From positions 11,410,001 to 11,474,000 of the forward strand of contig CM052817.1 of assembly GCA_028534125.1 (NCBI GenBank): a stretch of 64,000 nucleotides of DNA, in the 5' to 3' direction. Position 1 is the stretch's first letter, and every line of letters begins with the position of its first letter. Source of the stretch: Lama glama. Lineage: Eukaryota. Under the pieces are notes generated by a model. The model made no database searches, was not told where the DNA came from, and was given only the letters and a program-made list of their open reading frames with translations. This document shows, piece after piece, positions 26,959 through 39,742 of this stretch. Position numbers and translations under genes: made by a program.

Positions 26959-28685
26959 GAGGCAAGAATATACAATGGAATAAAGACAGTCTCTTCAGCA
27001 AATGGTGTTGGGAAAACTGGACAGCAGCATGTAAAACAATGAAGCTAGAACACTCCCTTACACCATACACAAAAGTAAAGTCAAAATGGATCAAAGACTT
27101 AAACATAAGACAAGATACAATAAACCTCCTAGAAGAAACTATAGGCAACACATTATCTGACATACATCTCAAAAATGTTCTCCTAGGGCAGTCTACCCAA
27201 GCAATAGAAATAAAAGCAAGAATAAGCAAATGAGACCTAATTAAACTTACAAGCTTCTGCACAGCAAAGGAAACCATGAGTAAAAGAAACGACAACCTAT
27301 GGAATGGGAGAAAATTTTTGCAAATGAAACCAACAAAGGCTTGATCTCCAGAATATATAAGCAGCTCATACAACTTAATAAGAAAACAACAAACAACCCA
27401 ATCCAAAAATGGGCAGAAGACCTAAACAACCAATTCTCCAAGGAAGAAATACAAATGATCAATAGGCACATGAAGAAAATGCTCAATATCACTAATTATC
27501 AGCAAAATGCAAATCAAAACTACAATGAGGTATCACCTCACACCAGTCAGAATGGCCATCATTTAAAAGTCCACAAATGACAAATGCTGGAGAAGCTGTG
27601 GAGAAAACGGAACCCTCCTACACTGCTGGTGGGAATACAGTTTGGTGCAGCCACTGTAGAAAACAGTATGGNNNNNNNNNNNNNNNNNNNNNNNNNNNNN
27701 NNNNNNNNNNNNNNNNNNNNNNNNNNNNNNNNNNNNNNNNNNNNNNNNNNNNNNNNNNNNNNNNNNNNNNNNNNNNNNNNNNNNNNNNNNNNNNNNNNNN
27801 NNNNNNNNNNNNNNNNNNNNNNNNNNNNNNNNNNNNNNNNNNNNNNNNNNNNNNNNNNNNNNNNNNNNNNNNNNNNNNNNNNNNNNNNNNNNNNNNNNNN
27901 NNNNNNNNNNNNNNNNNNNNNNNNNNNNNNNNNNNNNNNNNNNNNNNNNNNNNNNNNNNNNNNNNNNNNNNNNNNNNNNNNNNNNNNNNNNNNNNNNNNN
28001 NNNNNNNNNNNNNNNNNNNNNNNNNNNNNNNNNNNNNNNNNNNNNNNNNNNNNNNNNNNNNNNNNNNNNNNNNNNNNNNNNNNNNNNNNNNNNNNNNNNN
28101 NNNNNNNNNNNNNNNNNNNNNNNNNNNNNNNNNNNNNNNNNNNNNNNNNNNNNNNNNNNNNNNNNNNNNNNGTCCATCAACAGATGACTGGATAAAGAAG
28201 AGGTGGTATATTTATACAATGGAACACTTTCAGCCATAAAAACCGACAACATAATGCCATTTGCAGCAACATGGATGTTCCTGGAGAATGTCATTCTAAG
28301 TAAAGTAAGCCAGAAAGAGAAAGAAAAATACCACATGAGATCACTCATATGTGGAATCTAAAACAAAAAAAACCAAAGAACAAAAAAAACATAAATACAA
28401 AACAGAAACAGACTCACAGACATAGAATACAAACTTGTGATTGCCAAGGGGGCGGTGGGTGGGAAGGGACAGACTGGTTTTCAAAATGTTGAATAGATAA
28501 ACAAGATTACACTGTATAGCACAGGGAAATATATACAAGATCTTGTGGTAGCTCACAGCAAAAAAAAAATGTGACAATGAATATATGTATGATCATGTAT
28601 AACTGAAAAATTGTGCTCTACACTGGAATTTGACACAACATTGTAAAATGACTATAACACAATAAAAAAAGTTCAAAAAAACCCC
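26959..28685 (+). mobile_element. Young 5'-truncated camelid L1 spanning the assembly gap
   Basis: ORF2 C-terminal peptides (ORFs 27039..27233, 27299..27580), 3' UTR and A tail. TSD atttcttgtca(c/t)tataaag at 26940-26958 and 28686-28704. Confidence 0.93.
27672..28171. other. Assembly gap (500 N)
   Basis: Run of exactly 500 n characters. Confidence 0.99.
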
Positions 28686-29394
28686 ATTTCTTGTCATTAT
28701 AAAGTACACTCTCTGTTGCCCATACCTAAAGAATTAAAAAGTAAAATAATAAGCAGTTCTTAAATAATTTATGTTTTGCTTTAGAAAATGTGACCTTTCA
28801 TTACACAAATATATTCATACAACATTTTCACCCTGTTATTAATACTTTAAAATTAGCTTTGGTTCTCTGATCATTCAGAACATGGAGGGAATAAGAAAAA
28901 CAGCTAACAGGATTAGCCAACTTTGAAATTTTACTTCAAAGTGTCTCATATGATTATGGAAGGCTGATTGGTGTATATGTCTATAGAACATTTTTTCAAA
29001 TATTCCTTTTCTTTTTACTTCTTGAATGTTACATAGGCTAACAATATATATCAACACATTTTAGCAAAAAATTTTCCATTTTATTAACTAAGAAAGTGAA
29101 GCACAAAAGTGACTTTTTATTTGTATAAAACAAACACAAAGAATATTATAATTTGTATCCTATTTATGTGACAATTCTACTTCCCCAAAATATTGAGTAT
29201 TATGTATGCTGCTGACAGTTCTGAAGTATTACTACTGCTCACTTTTGAGACTGCACGACACCTTACACCTTGATGTTAGTTACTAATTCATGGAATCCTA
29301 AGGATAATCTTCCTAATGATTATAAGATGTAAGCTGAGAACTAACCCCTAGGTGATACTCCTTTGTTGACTTAGTGTGATTCCAAGTAATTGAT

Positions 29395-29735
29395 AATAAT
29401 AATAATAAATAATAGTAGCAGCAGTTTTAGACGATTGAGCTCTTACATTATCTCTTCCTCCCATCCCTCCCCATCTTTATTGAGGCATAACTGGTATACA
29501 AAAAACTGCACATAAATAATGTATACAATTTGGTGAGTTTGCAAGCAGTATCTCTTTTAATCATCACAATAATCTCCTTAAGAAGTAGAATCATTCCTAT
29601 TAGACAGAAATGGAAACTAGTCTTAAGGAGGTTAAAAAGTTTGCTTAAGGTCACACAAGGCTGAATAAGTTGTAGAACTAGGACTAGAACCCAGGTCTAA
29701 CTAAAAAACGTGACCTCTTAACTTCTGTGCCATAT
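29395..29735 (-). mobile_element. MIR with a short L1 3' tail (about 29476-29545) inserted
   Basis: cctattagacagaaatggaaactagtcttaaggaggttaaaaagtttgcttaaggtcacacaagg...agaacccaggtct, plus ctttattgaggcataactgg. Confidence 0.7.
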
Positions 29736-30114
29736 TATGAATAGAACAGGTCATTTAGATGCCACTGCTTAGTTTTCTTATACATTCAAAGCGAAAAAAT
29801 TAGTGCAGTCCACCATGGGGCTACTCTTCACTGGATGCCTATATGGCACTAAGCTGGATGTTTCATTTACATTATATCAGTCTTCACAATGATATAACAT
29901 CACCAAGTAAAGTAACTTGCCCAACATCACAGCTATTTAATGAATAAAACAGCAAACAACCAACCCATCTAGGTTTGACTGCATAGCCCATATTTTTTCC
30001 ACCAGAAGCTACTAGTAAACACACAGTAAACACTAAAATGTAAACCAATATCTTTTGTTTTAATAAAACTACTTTTGGTGGGTATACAACAGAGTATAAG
30101 CATCTACAGTTATT

Positions 30115-30250
30115 ATGCCTCTTCTGCATATGAGAAAACTAGGTCACATAAAAGAGTAAGTAGTTTATCAAAACCATATCACTAATTCATGGTAGGGCAA
30201 GATTTGAATCCATATCTGTTCTATGGTAGAGCTTATGCTTTTGCCCTTTC
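30115..30250 (-). mobile_element. MIR fragment
   Basis: tgagaaaactaggtcac...ggtagggcaagatttgaatccatatctg. Confidence 0.55.
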
Positions 30251-31296
30251 TCCTTAAGATAGAAATATTTTAGACGACTTCATTCAAAATACTTTAAGGT
30301 GGAAAACACACACACATAACAAATCCACATGGAGAAAGGTAGGGGATCACCACTACTTAGCAATAACAAATCAGTGAGTTCTAATCAATAGAACAGTCTG
30401 AGCAGGCTGTCAATATAATGTACAACTTGCCAACTGCAAATGGTAAACTGTAACGGATAGTTCATAATGATATATAAACTAAAAATGGTGAGATGGTAAT
30501 TTATAAAACTAATTTATCACATTTCACAGGTACAGTATCTGATCAAACTCTGCTAGAATCCTAGACTCCTTATATCTTGAGATACACAAGAGAAATTCAG
30601 AAAGAATTAATCAGCCATTGAGGTTCCAAAGGGCCACAGAAAATAAGTAATTATTTAAAAGAGAATTACAACTATTATCATATTAAATGAGATAGAGGAA
30701 AGTTCATGTGTTAGAGTATGTTTAACAAAGTACTATCTCTACAAAAATTGCATTTGAAAAAAAGACCTTTGTGTGAGAGTAAGAAACTGAAAATATCAGA
30801 CTCAAAATTATGGCAAGACAGAACCTTTATAAAAGCACTGAGGCAGTAGATTGATTCAGAGGCCGGCTTATAACTCAGTTGTTTTTTACACTAGAGTTTA
30901 TCACCCATAAAACTACAGTAATATGAAGAAAATTATCAGAAAAAAAAATAGCTGACCAGCAACATATTCCTCCCCTCCCTTTTTATTTCAGTTCAAGGCA
31001 CACGACTACTTTATTTCAGTCCTCAGCTAATTTCATTGGCTATCGAGTTTTGTTTTTTCCTTAAAAGGCCCTGATCTTCAGATTCTAGTACCACCCAATT
31101 TAGTATATTGGATTGTCTTAAATTTGCAGGCAGACTGCAATCGGGTTTAAAGTCTTACAGCTAAGAGAATCACACGCTATTTGCAAAGACGCTTTAAACT
31201 ACAGGAGGTGTGCAGAAACTAAGCTATTAAAAAAAAGTAAGTTTATTTACCTCCTATCTCATGGTCTCTTTGGGATGTATTCTGACCAATTAAACC

Positions 31297-31950
31297 AGTG
31301 GATAGATACCCCATGACACAGATTTTTAGTTTTCACACTTGGCATGAAATATCTGCAGTGGCATGCTGATGTATTTGACACTTCTAGATGTAGGATTCAT
31401 GGAAGAGCTTTTATTAAAAGATACTCTAAGTCAATCAGGCTTAGGAAAAAGTATCACAATAAACAATAAATGGAGTATGAACAAACCTAGTGTATTTTTG
31501 GTTAACTTCCAGGAGTTAAAGGAAATGCTGACTGTAAAGTAAAAAGCCTTATATCTAGATAAAGAGGCTGGATTTAATGAAGTGCACCATGAAAATGTTA
31601 AAGAACTGCTAACATCACATAGTGGAGAGTTTATGATTGAGAAAAGTTTTCAACTTGATGCTCATCATTAGTCAGGTAAAGATAAAGGAGTCACAGATAT
31701 CTGACATCAAATCTTTAAAAGAAACTTTACATTATGCAGATAAAATGTTTGTTGATACAACAGAGTTTGGTCATGATATGAGAAGACTTCTCACATTAAA
31801 GGGTAACCAGGAGCTGAAAAAGTGCAAGTGAAGCAAACTTAAATAGTTGGTCCATTTTTAGTTTTTAAGAGTCCCATTGTTTTTTCCATGGCTTCAACTA
31901 ATGGTTAAGAGCTAGTTTCACGGATTCCGACTTGGACAAACCTCAGGCAT
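31297..31950 (+). mobile_element. Ancient Tigger/pogo-type transposon remnant
   Basis: 31561-31641 translates KEAGFNEVHHENVKELLTSHSGEFMIE, resembling the Tigger transposase C-terminal GF.EV.E.DV.ELL.SH motif. Boundaries approximate. Confidence 0.5.
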
Positions 31951-32439
31951 TTAATTCAGCTTTCCACTACTTCCCCAGCTCAACGTGGCTTAATATTGCT
32001 TATCACGGAACAGCAACAGGAACTAAGCCTCCATCTCTTTTATTACCATGAAACTTCAGGCAGGCAACTCTTTCATCCATTAATTAAACATTTAAAAAAT
32101 GCCTTTTAAAAATTATTTTACTGAATGCTACTGGCAATCATTAACTATCTTACATTATTTCATTAGTTATTTACATTAGAGTGCATGTTCCTTGGTCAAG
32201 TTATTTAACTGTTATTTCTTTGTATGTAAGTAAAGGAACAGAGTAAATAATCTCTAAATCCCCTACCTGCTTTAAAATGCTGTAATTGTAGATTGGTTTC
32301 AAGAGGAAAATAAATGATCTGTAAAACTAAGGAATGGGCGTGGCAGTCACCTACCACATGCCTGATCTGTAATTTTTCAAAACTTTAACTCTTTAATTCT
32401 TGAAATGTATTCCCCCTAGGATTTCTGTAGTTTGATACC

Positions 32440-32760
32440 TTATTTTTTCGCTTTTGCTCATATGTTATTTGAATACTCTTTATAAGATCGCGATCCCCAC
32501 CTCTAACCTGACATTCCCTATGCTCCTCTCTCCACTTTGCCTCCACAGCCCTTATATATGTATTTATATCCAGCCTGTGTGTAAGGGGTGTATGCGTGTA
32601 TGTATGCACATTCAACCACAAATAGACTTTGCTTATTTACTGTCTGCTTCCCCTCACTAGCATATAAAAGTCCATGAAGAGAAGGATGTTTTTTGCCTTT
32701 TGTTCACTAGTACGATACCTGGCATATAGAAGGAAGCTTAGTGGATCTTTGTTGAATGAA
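32440..32760 (+). mobile_element. L2 3' end
   Basis: ttatttactgtctgcttcccctcactag...ttttgttcact...acctggcatatag...ttgttgaatgaa. Confidence 0.7.
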
Positions 32761-33604
32761 GGGACTTCTTTATTCATGGACCAGAAATATGTTTTATAAA
32801 GGCCAACATGCTAGTCTTGCTTCAGGGAAAGTCATACTTCAGGGAAAGAAAGAACTAAATTAGTAGCATTTTATAAAAGAACACATAGGTGACGACACAG
32901 CTGGTAACTTCATGAGTTACTCAGAAAACCAGAGAATATTATAAAAAGATTTTTAAAATAAGTTAATAATAAACAGTTAAATAGCAAAAGTAATTGTCTA
33001 TTTCTTCCATATAAAAGTGCTTTTTCCAATTTAGTACTCTGATTATTTTGAATAGCATATATAGATTATTACATTTAATTGGATACAGACTAACTTCACT
33101 ATCTGCCATATTAGAGGCAGAGCATAGGCAAGAAATATTACCTAAGGATAGATGGTAATTCAAATAATAGAGCCCCAAATAAAATTTCCTTTTTTTCTGA
33201 GAATTAGGTCTCCCCTCTCACCCACTAGACTATACCGTCTCAACTTAATTAGAATATGCAAATAAAAATTTTAGACAAGTCCTAAAGAATTTTATAAAGA
33301 TAAATGGAAGAACCACTTCTTCCTCCAAATTTAAACTATGCCTTCAAAAGGTTATTAGAGTTGTGTAAAACCACTGAAACAATAATTCAATGACTAAACA
33401 TTTCTGAAAGGAATTTAGAATCTCTTATATTTTCAATATTTTTGACTGACTCCTGGAACATCTTAGAATATTGGCACTTGCTTTTCACATGCAAGGACCC
33501 TTAAAAGATTTTGCTTTAGCATACTACTGCTGTAAGTCATGGTTTTTAAAAGCTGGATAGACAATCATGATTTTAAAGCACTTGCTATTGATCTTTAAAA
33601 TTAT

Positions 33605-36280
33605 TCCTTTTCTACATGCACTCAATTAAGTTATTGAGCATTAACTGTACCAGGTACTATTCTAGGTGCTTGCAATACAGCAAAATAGACAAAATCCCTG
33701 TCTTACTGTTCTTATATTCTAGAAGTAGCAGATAACGAAGAGAAGGTAAAAGAGGAGTGAGTCAGGGAAACAAACAAAAAGCAGAATGATAGGAAAGAGA
33801 GTGACTGAAAGAATTATAAATAGGATGACTGGGGCAATAGGTGGCATCTGGCCATTGGTAATATTTGGTAATATGAAGGAGTGCAATGCTCAGGCAGAAA
33901 CAGGATTCCAGGTAGAGGTAATAGCAACAGCAAGTAGGAAGACCCTGAGATGGGAATAAAGTTAGCACACTTAAGAAAAAGCAAAAAGCCAGAGTCTGCA
34001 AAAGAATGGGCAATTAAGAGATGTGGTTAAAGAGGAAGCAGAACCAGACCATACAGATCAAGTCCTTGATAGATTTTTTTACTCTGACATGCTAAGCCAA
34101 TTAAACATTTTTGGGCAGAGGAATGTTCTGGTTAAGGCTTTAGAAATATTATTTTGCCTTCTATGAAGAAAAATGAATTGGTACGGAAGGGCAAAGTAGA
34201 AGCAGAGACACCAGTTAGGAGGCTCTTTAAGGAGTATATGTCAAAAATGAAGTGCCGTGGATTAGGATGGTAGCAAAAGAAATGTTGAGACATGGTCAGA
34301 TCCTGGACAGATTTTGAAGGTAGAGCCAATGGGACTTGACTATAGGTTGAATGTGGGCATAAAGGACACTGAGGAATCAAGAAAGGCTCCAAGCTTTGGG
34401 GGCTGACCACCTGGGTCAAAAGTGATACATTTTACTAAAGTGGGAAAGACTAGGGCAGAGGAAAGTTTGGGTGAGAGTAAAATCAACTGTTCTGTTTTAG
34501 TCAGGTCATTCTGAGATGCCTATCAGGTATTCTAGTAAAGAAAGATATAAGAAAGAAGACATGATATAAGATCAAGTAGACAGATATAAGAGAGTAAAGC
34601 TAGAGGAAAGATTAGGATTAGATATAATTCTATAATATGCAGATGTCATCAGCACGTACATTATAATTAAATCCACTGGACAAAATGAGGCCATCAAGTA
34701 AGAGAAGGTATAATGGGAAGAACGATAGCTGAGGACTAACTCCTGGGCTCTTCAATATTTAAAGGTCAAGAAGATAAAAATCAGCAAGAAGCATATGAAA
34801 GAAGTTATCTGCAAGAAATAGGAAAAAAATGAAAAGAATATTATTTCCTAGAAACCACGATTAAGGAAGTGATCAATTCTATCAAATGATGCTGAAAGCC
34901 TGAATAAGGTGAGAATTGATAACTTTCTTCTGAGTAGTACAAGATGGAATTACCAATGAAATTGATAAAAACAATTTCAGTGGAATAGTAGGAAAGAAAG
35001 TTTAATTGGGATGGGTTGAAAAGACAAGGGGAGTTGAGAAGTGAAGATGGTAAAAGTATAGAAAGAACAAATATTTATTAAACATCTACCAAATGTCAGA
35101 TGCTTCAGATATATCAGTCAGTAAAAATAAAAAAAATCCAATTCTTCTTGGTGTTTATATTCTAGCAGGAAGAAAAAGATAATAAACAATAAATAAAAGG
35201 AATAAGTAAATTATATAATGTGTAAGAAGGTGATTGTGCTACAAAAAAAGGAAGGGTGATTTTTAGTTGTGATGGTTTGAGAAGACAGAGAACATAACCA
35301 CCTGTAATAGAGGAAACTGACTAGGTGAGACATCACAGTCAGCATAACTGGGTGTTTTACTCTAGTCAAGTTCAGTCGTTCCAGGACAAGGGTGTAATAT
35401 ATACAGAATTGGGTTAAAATACAGATAAGGTTCTGATAAACAAATATGAAGAGAAGAAGGGAGTTAAGATTTACAGAAAGATGACCACAGCGATCAAGCA
35501 CAGTATCTGAGCTGAGTAAGGAGAGATGTGAAGTCATGAGAAGACAATAAACAGTAAGAAGTGGTATGGGCAACAGATTGCAGGATGCAAGGAGGTTAAA
35601 AAAAAAAAATACTGGCATGACTACTGGAATAAAATGGTAGTTAGAAAAACAGATGGTTGAAATTTTATTTGGCAGGTGGCAAAGGTCTAGGGATGATTAT
35701 GGGAAAAGGCAGCTGGAGTGGAATGGAGGGAGAGATCATTTGAAATGAAAAGATCAAGTAACTGAGAGGCCAGAATGTTGACCATATCAGCCACACAGAA
35801 CTTGAAGTCACCAAGAACTATGACGAGAGGAAGAAAGTGAAAGGGCTGGTAGAGGTCTGCAACATGATAATATTAATGGGATGTTTGATGTCATGTGCTC
35901 CAAACAAGCTGACGGTTTTGATGATGAGGGCAAATAAATGATCAGAAAGCACCTATACAGATCTCAGAAGTTGCTTGTTAATTTTATCATACTTACATTA
36001 CATAAAGCAAGGAATTAAAAATATCCAGCAAGAGAAAGGGTTATAAAAGCATCTTTTATGAATATATATGCTTCAGTTATAGCAAAAAAGTAAAGGTAAC
36101 ATTAAGAGAAAAGACTAAGGATATAGGGGATTGCTGATGAAAGACCACAAGTTCCAGAAGACACAGTGGGAAAAATGTGGGTGCTTGTAAAGCTGTAACT
36201 GGGTCAAATTAGAGGTGAAAAAAGACAAAAAAAGGGAAGAATCCAGGTGATGAAGAATGACCCCATAGTCGGCCTTTAAT
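33605..36280 (-). mobile_element. Long L2 remnant with a second L2 3' end nested at about 35060-35260
   Basis: ttattgagcattaactgtaccaggtactattctaggtgct, gaagcagagacaccagttaggaggct, attttgaaggtagagccaatgggac. Confidence 0.8.
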
Positions 36281-37421
36281 TTCTGCTGTATTGCAGGCAG
36301 AAAGGTGATTTTAATAGAAATGCAAAATTTTTTTAATCTAGTCCTAATTTTAAGTGTGTTCTTAGAATTTCATTCATGTCCTCTGTATATGGCAAAACAA
36401 GGAAAATCTTTTCATGAACATTTCTGAATGTGGCTTATAATGGTATGTGGATTACTTTATGGCACTGACGTACAATTCCCTGAGAGTTCCAAAAAGGCAA
36501 CCCACATATTAAAAGAAAGCCTATGTATGACCACAATGGTATCACAAAGGCACACTTGTAAAAGAAACACTTATGGTCTGAATGAATTAGGTCAAATTTA
36601 AATAGTCAGGGATGATTGCACTTAGAGAAAAGTGATCTAAAATATTAACACTCCTGTTTCTAAGAAATCAAATGTTTTATCATCAGTCATAATCCACTTA
36701 GTTAAAGAGCAGTGTAAATATTTATTTCATGCAATAGTATAAAGCTTAAAAATGAAGAGTTTAAAAGGAAACGGGTCTGTGTTCAGAAAAGGCATGAAAC
36801 ACTTTACATAAAACCTGGCTATCAGTTAATTCAAGGGGAAAGGGCTGTTTAATCGCAGCTTTCAACTATCTACATCAGATACAGATGGAAGGTCTTTGAA
36901 AAGACAAGACCAGAACAGTAGTTACATAAATGGTAAATGTATGTAGGGGTAAAAGATAAACTAGGAAAAATAAACTGTATTTTGCAGAAAGGTTTTATTG
37001 TACTATATACTTAGTATGATTCATTCAGCTATAATGTGCATACTGTTTGTCCAATTTAGTCAAGTTAAGTAGCCTTTTTTAATTTAAAAATAAAAGATGA
37101 GACATCTTCCTGAACCATAAGCCAGTGATTTACACGACTTTAGGTGATTAGAGAATGTGAAGCTAAAAGTCAAAATAATTCAGTTTATATCTTATGGGGA
37201 TAACCTCATAAAAGGCATTTTATATCTATATGCCTATGTTTATTCACACTTCAAAACAACTAAATTTACTGATATTCAAACTATACATAGTAATAAACTT
37301 AAGTACAAAGTAGGAAAACTATAAGTACATGCTAAATAATTTTCTTCTTCAAACAGAATAAGTGTTAATACCACTGAGTATGTAGAGAAACTGGAAGCTA
37401 TCTGGACAGTTTATCTTAGTA

Positions 37422-37545
37422 CTCATTCATTCATTCAAGAAATATTTGCTGAAGATCTAAGATGTGACAAGTACTGTTCCAGATACCTGGGATTCTGCAA
37501 TTAACAGAAGTCTCTGCTATCATGGAGCTTTCATTCTACTCTAGC
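37422..37545 (-). mobile_element. L2 3' terminal fragment
   Basis: tcattcattcattcaagaaatatttgctga...catggagctttcattcta. Confidence 0.7.
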
Positions 37546-38024
37546 ACTCTGGACAATTTCTAGGGTTAACCTCTGGAAGGAATTCAATTTTGAAAAACTT
37601 CTAAAGTAAATAACATACAAAATTAGTTAAAAGTTCACTTCTGCACTAAAATATCCCCTCCTCCTGATTCTATTTATTCAATCCTGAAAGAGTATCTTTG
37701 ACTCGTTTCTCATTATAAGGGATTGTCTGAACTGTATTTAGTTTAGTAAGTTTTCTCCAATTATTAAACACTATGAAGGAACTAATCACTAAAGCTGTTC
37801 ATAGTTCATAAAAAGGAAAAGGAAACCTATGAGAAACAGAGCATTTCTCATAGTTTCTCTCTAGTTTGCCTAATTCAATTAAAATAATTCTAGTCCTAGG
37901 CTGCTAAGTAGTAGAGAATAGGAAGGCTTTTCTACTTAATACTTAAAAGAACTTCAGTTCTCTCCACACAGAACATCTCTGACCTTTTTAAAATTTCTTT
38001 CAAGGATTCAAATGTTCACAACAC

Positions 38025-38180
38025 AGAATTTAACTTCTCTGTGCTTCATTGTCTCTATCTGTTAAAATGATAATAAGAGGACCTCTCTCTTAAAACTGTT
38101 TTGGGATTAAATGAGATAAAGCACAAAAAGGGTCTAGTGTTCCCTCATAATTGGTGACTTCAATGATAATAATTATCCTA
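38025..38180 (+). mobile_element. MIR core
   Basis: ttaacttctctgtgcttcattgtctctatctgttaaaatgataataag...ggattaaatgagataa. Confidence 0.7.
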
Positions 38181-38928
38181 AGTGTGAGTTCTCAATAATA
38201 ATAGTTTACATTTAATTTATCATCATTATCTCCAAAATTATAGTTAGGAAGGATAACAAACAAGCTACAATGAGGATTATATTAAAAGATTTTCTTGTTT
38301 TGGCAAGATGATCTCATGCTTATGTTCCTCAAACTAAGCAACAGATTTAAATATCAATAACATTAATGTTATTAATATCCAGAATTCCTAAAAATGACTG
38401 AGAAATTTTCAGGAATCAAATGAAAACTTCACTAAACAATATGTTTTATTAACATTTTATTTGCTTCAAAGTCTCAGAAGTATTTCCTGTCTTTAAAAAC
38501 ACATTTTTTGCCTTTTATTTCAAAGCAGAGTAAATAGAACTTCCTAAAAAAAAAAAATAAACAAATAATAAACAAATACACAAAGGAATTAGGACCATTT
38601 AAAAGATAGTTATTATCTTCTAGCCTCATCCTGGTCAGACCATACTGGAAATCTCTAAAATGATTTTATTCAAAGAAAATGAAAAACAAACAACAGAAAC
38701 AAACCCAAGTAAACAAGTAGAAAAATATTTATGTTTAATTAAATCTGGAAAGTGATGATGGACTACAAATAAAGAAATTAACAAAGACAAAAATACTTAA
38801 GACCTGAAGTAAAGCAAAAATACTAATAAGACTCTTTCATTTAAAAACCCTGGGATCTTTCAAAGATCTTGAAGAAAATCAAAAAAATCCCCAAATGGAG
38901 AGGTCACTAAATATCCATGAACACTCAC

Positions 38929-38975
38929 CCAACCATTGGTAGGAGACCTCTTGGAGACCCAGATGCTTGAATCAG
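38929..38975 (-). other. LCORL: Candidate 47-nt frameshifting cassette exon of LCORL (intron 4)
   Basis: ggtactatttcag|CTGATTCAAGCATCTGGGTCTCCAAGAGGTCTCCTACCAATGGTTGG|gtgagt. Consensus donor, about 50% GC in very AT-rich flanks, not recognisable as a repeat. Confidence 0.65.
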
Positions 38976-39742
38976 CTGAAATAGTACCAAGTTTTTACTG
39001 ATTACTCTTAATAGGGCAATGGAGCACAGGTTAACTCCATACTATCAAATATTAAAGGTTATTACTATTGATAATTCTACCTACTACCATTACAAATTAT
39101 TCAAAGGAGACTGAGTAATAAGTTCAAAGGTGAGTGAAAGTTAACTGCATGCATGGGTGCAAATGCATACACTTCCTACATCTCTCTCAGTGATGTAAAT
39201 CTGATACAATAATTCTTCTTAGAAGTGTAAACTTACAGACAGAATACAATTTTTAAAATTAATATTATAAAATTCTTAAAGCATGTAAAGTATTTTTATA
39301 TTGGTTCACACAGAAAATTTTGGAAAAATAACTTTTTTAAAGACAATGCCACTTTTTCAATACTAAGTACTTTAGTAACACAGGAAAAGGTTTTCAGTTC
39401 CTTGAACTTAAAATACAGTTCTTAACTTTAGGCCTTTAAATATACTGATGATTCTTCTAACCAGAGGATTTTCATATTTCAACACATAAAAGAACTCATA
39501 ACATTAAGACTAAACAAAAGCCTTCTTTCTCAAAGGGAAGGACTATATTCAACATCATTCATTAAAACCTGGAAGCTATTAATTTAACAGAAAATATTTA
39601 ATATTACCTAATTCAAAAGAGGAGTAAAAGCACAGTCAATAATTGGATGAAAACACAGTAATGTTTTTCTCAATCTCTGGAAGCTGGGAGGTAGGATGAT
39701 CCCTCCACCACCCCCCTGAAATCCCCCCATGCCATGACTTAC

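Noticed and set aside
26951..27406. Hydrophobic 124-151 aa minus-strand ORFs here and at 9957..10331
   Set aside because: They are antisense frames of A-rich L1 ORF2, a common source of spurious membrane-like ORFs.
27563..28348. The three longest ORFs in the track (203-261 aa)
   Set aside because: Artefacts of translating through the 500-N gap inside an L1.
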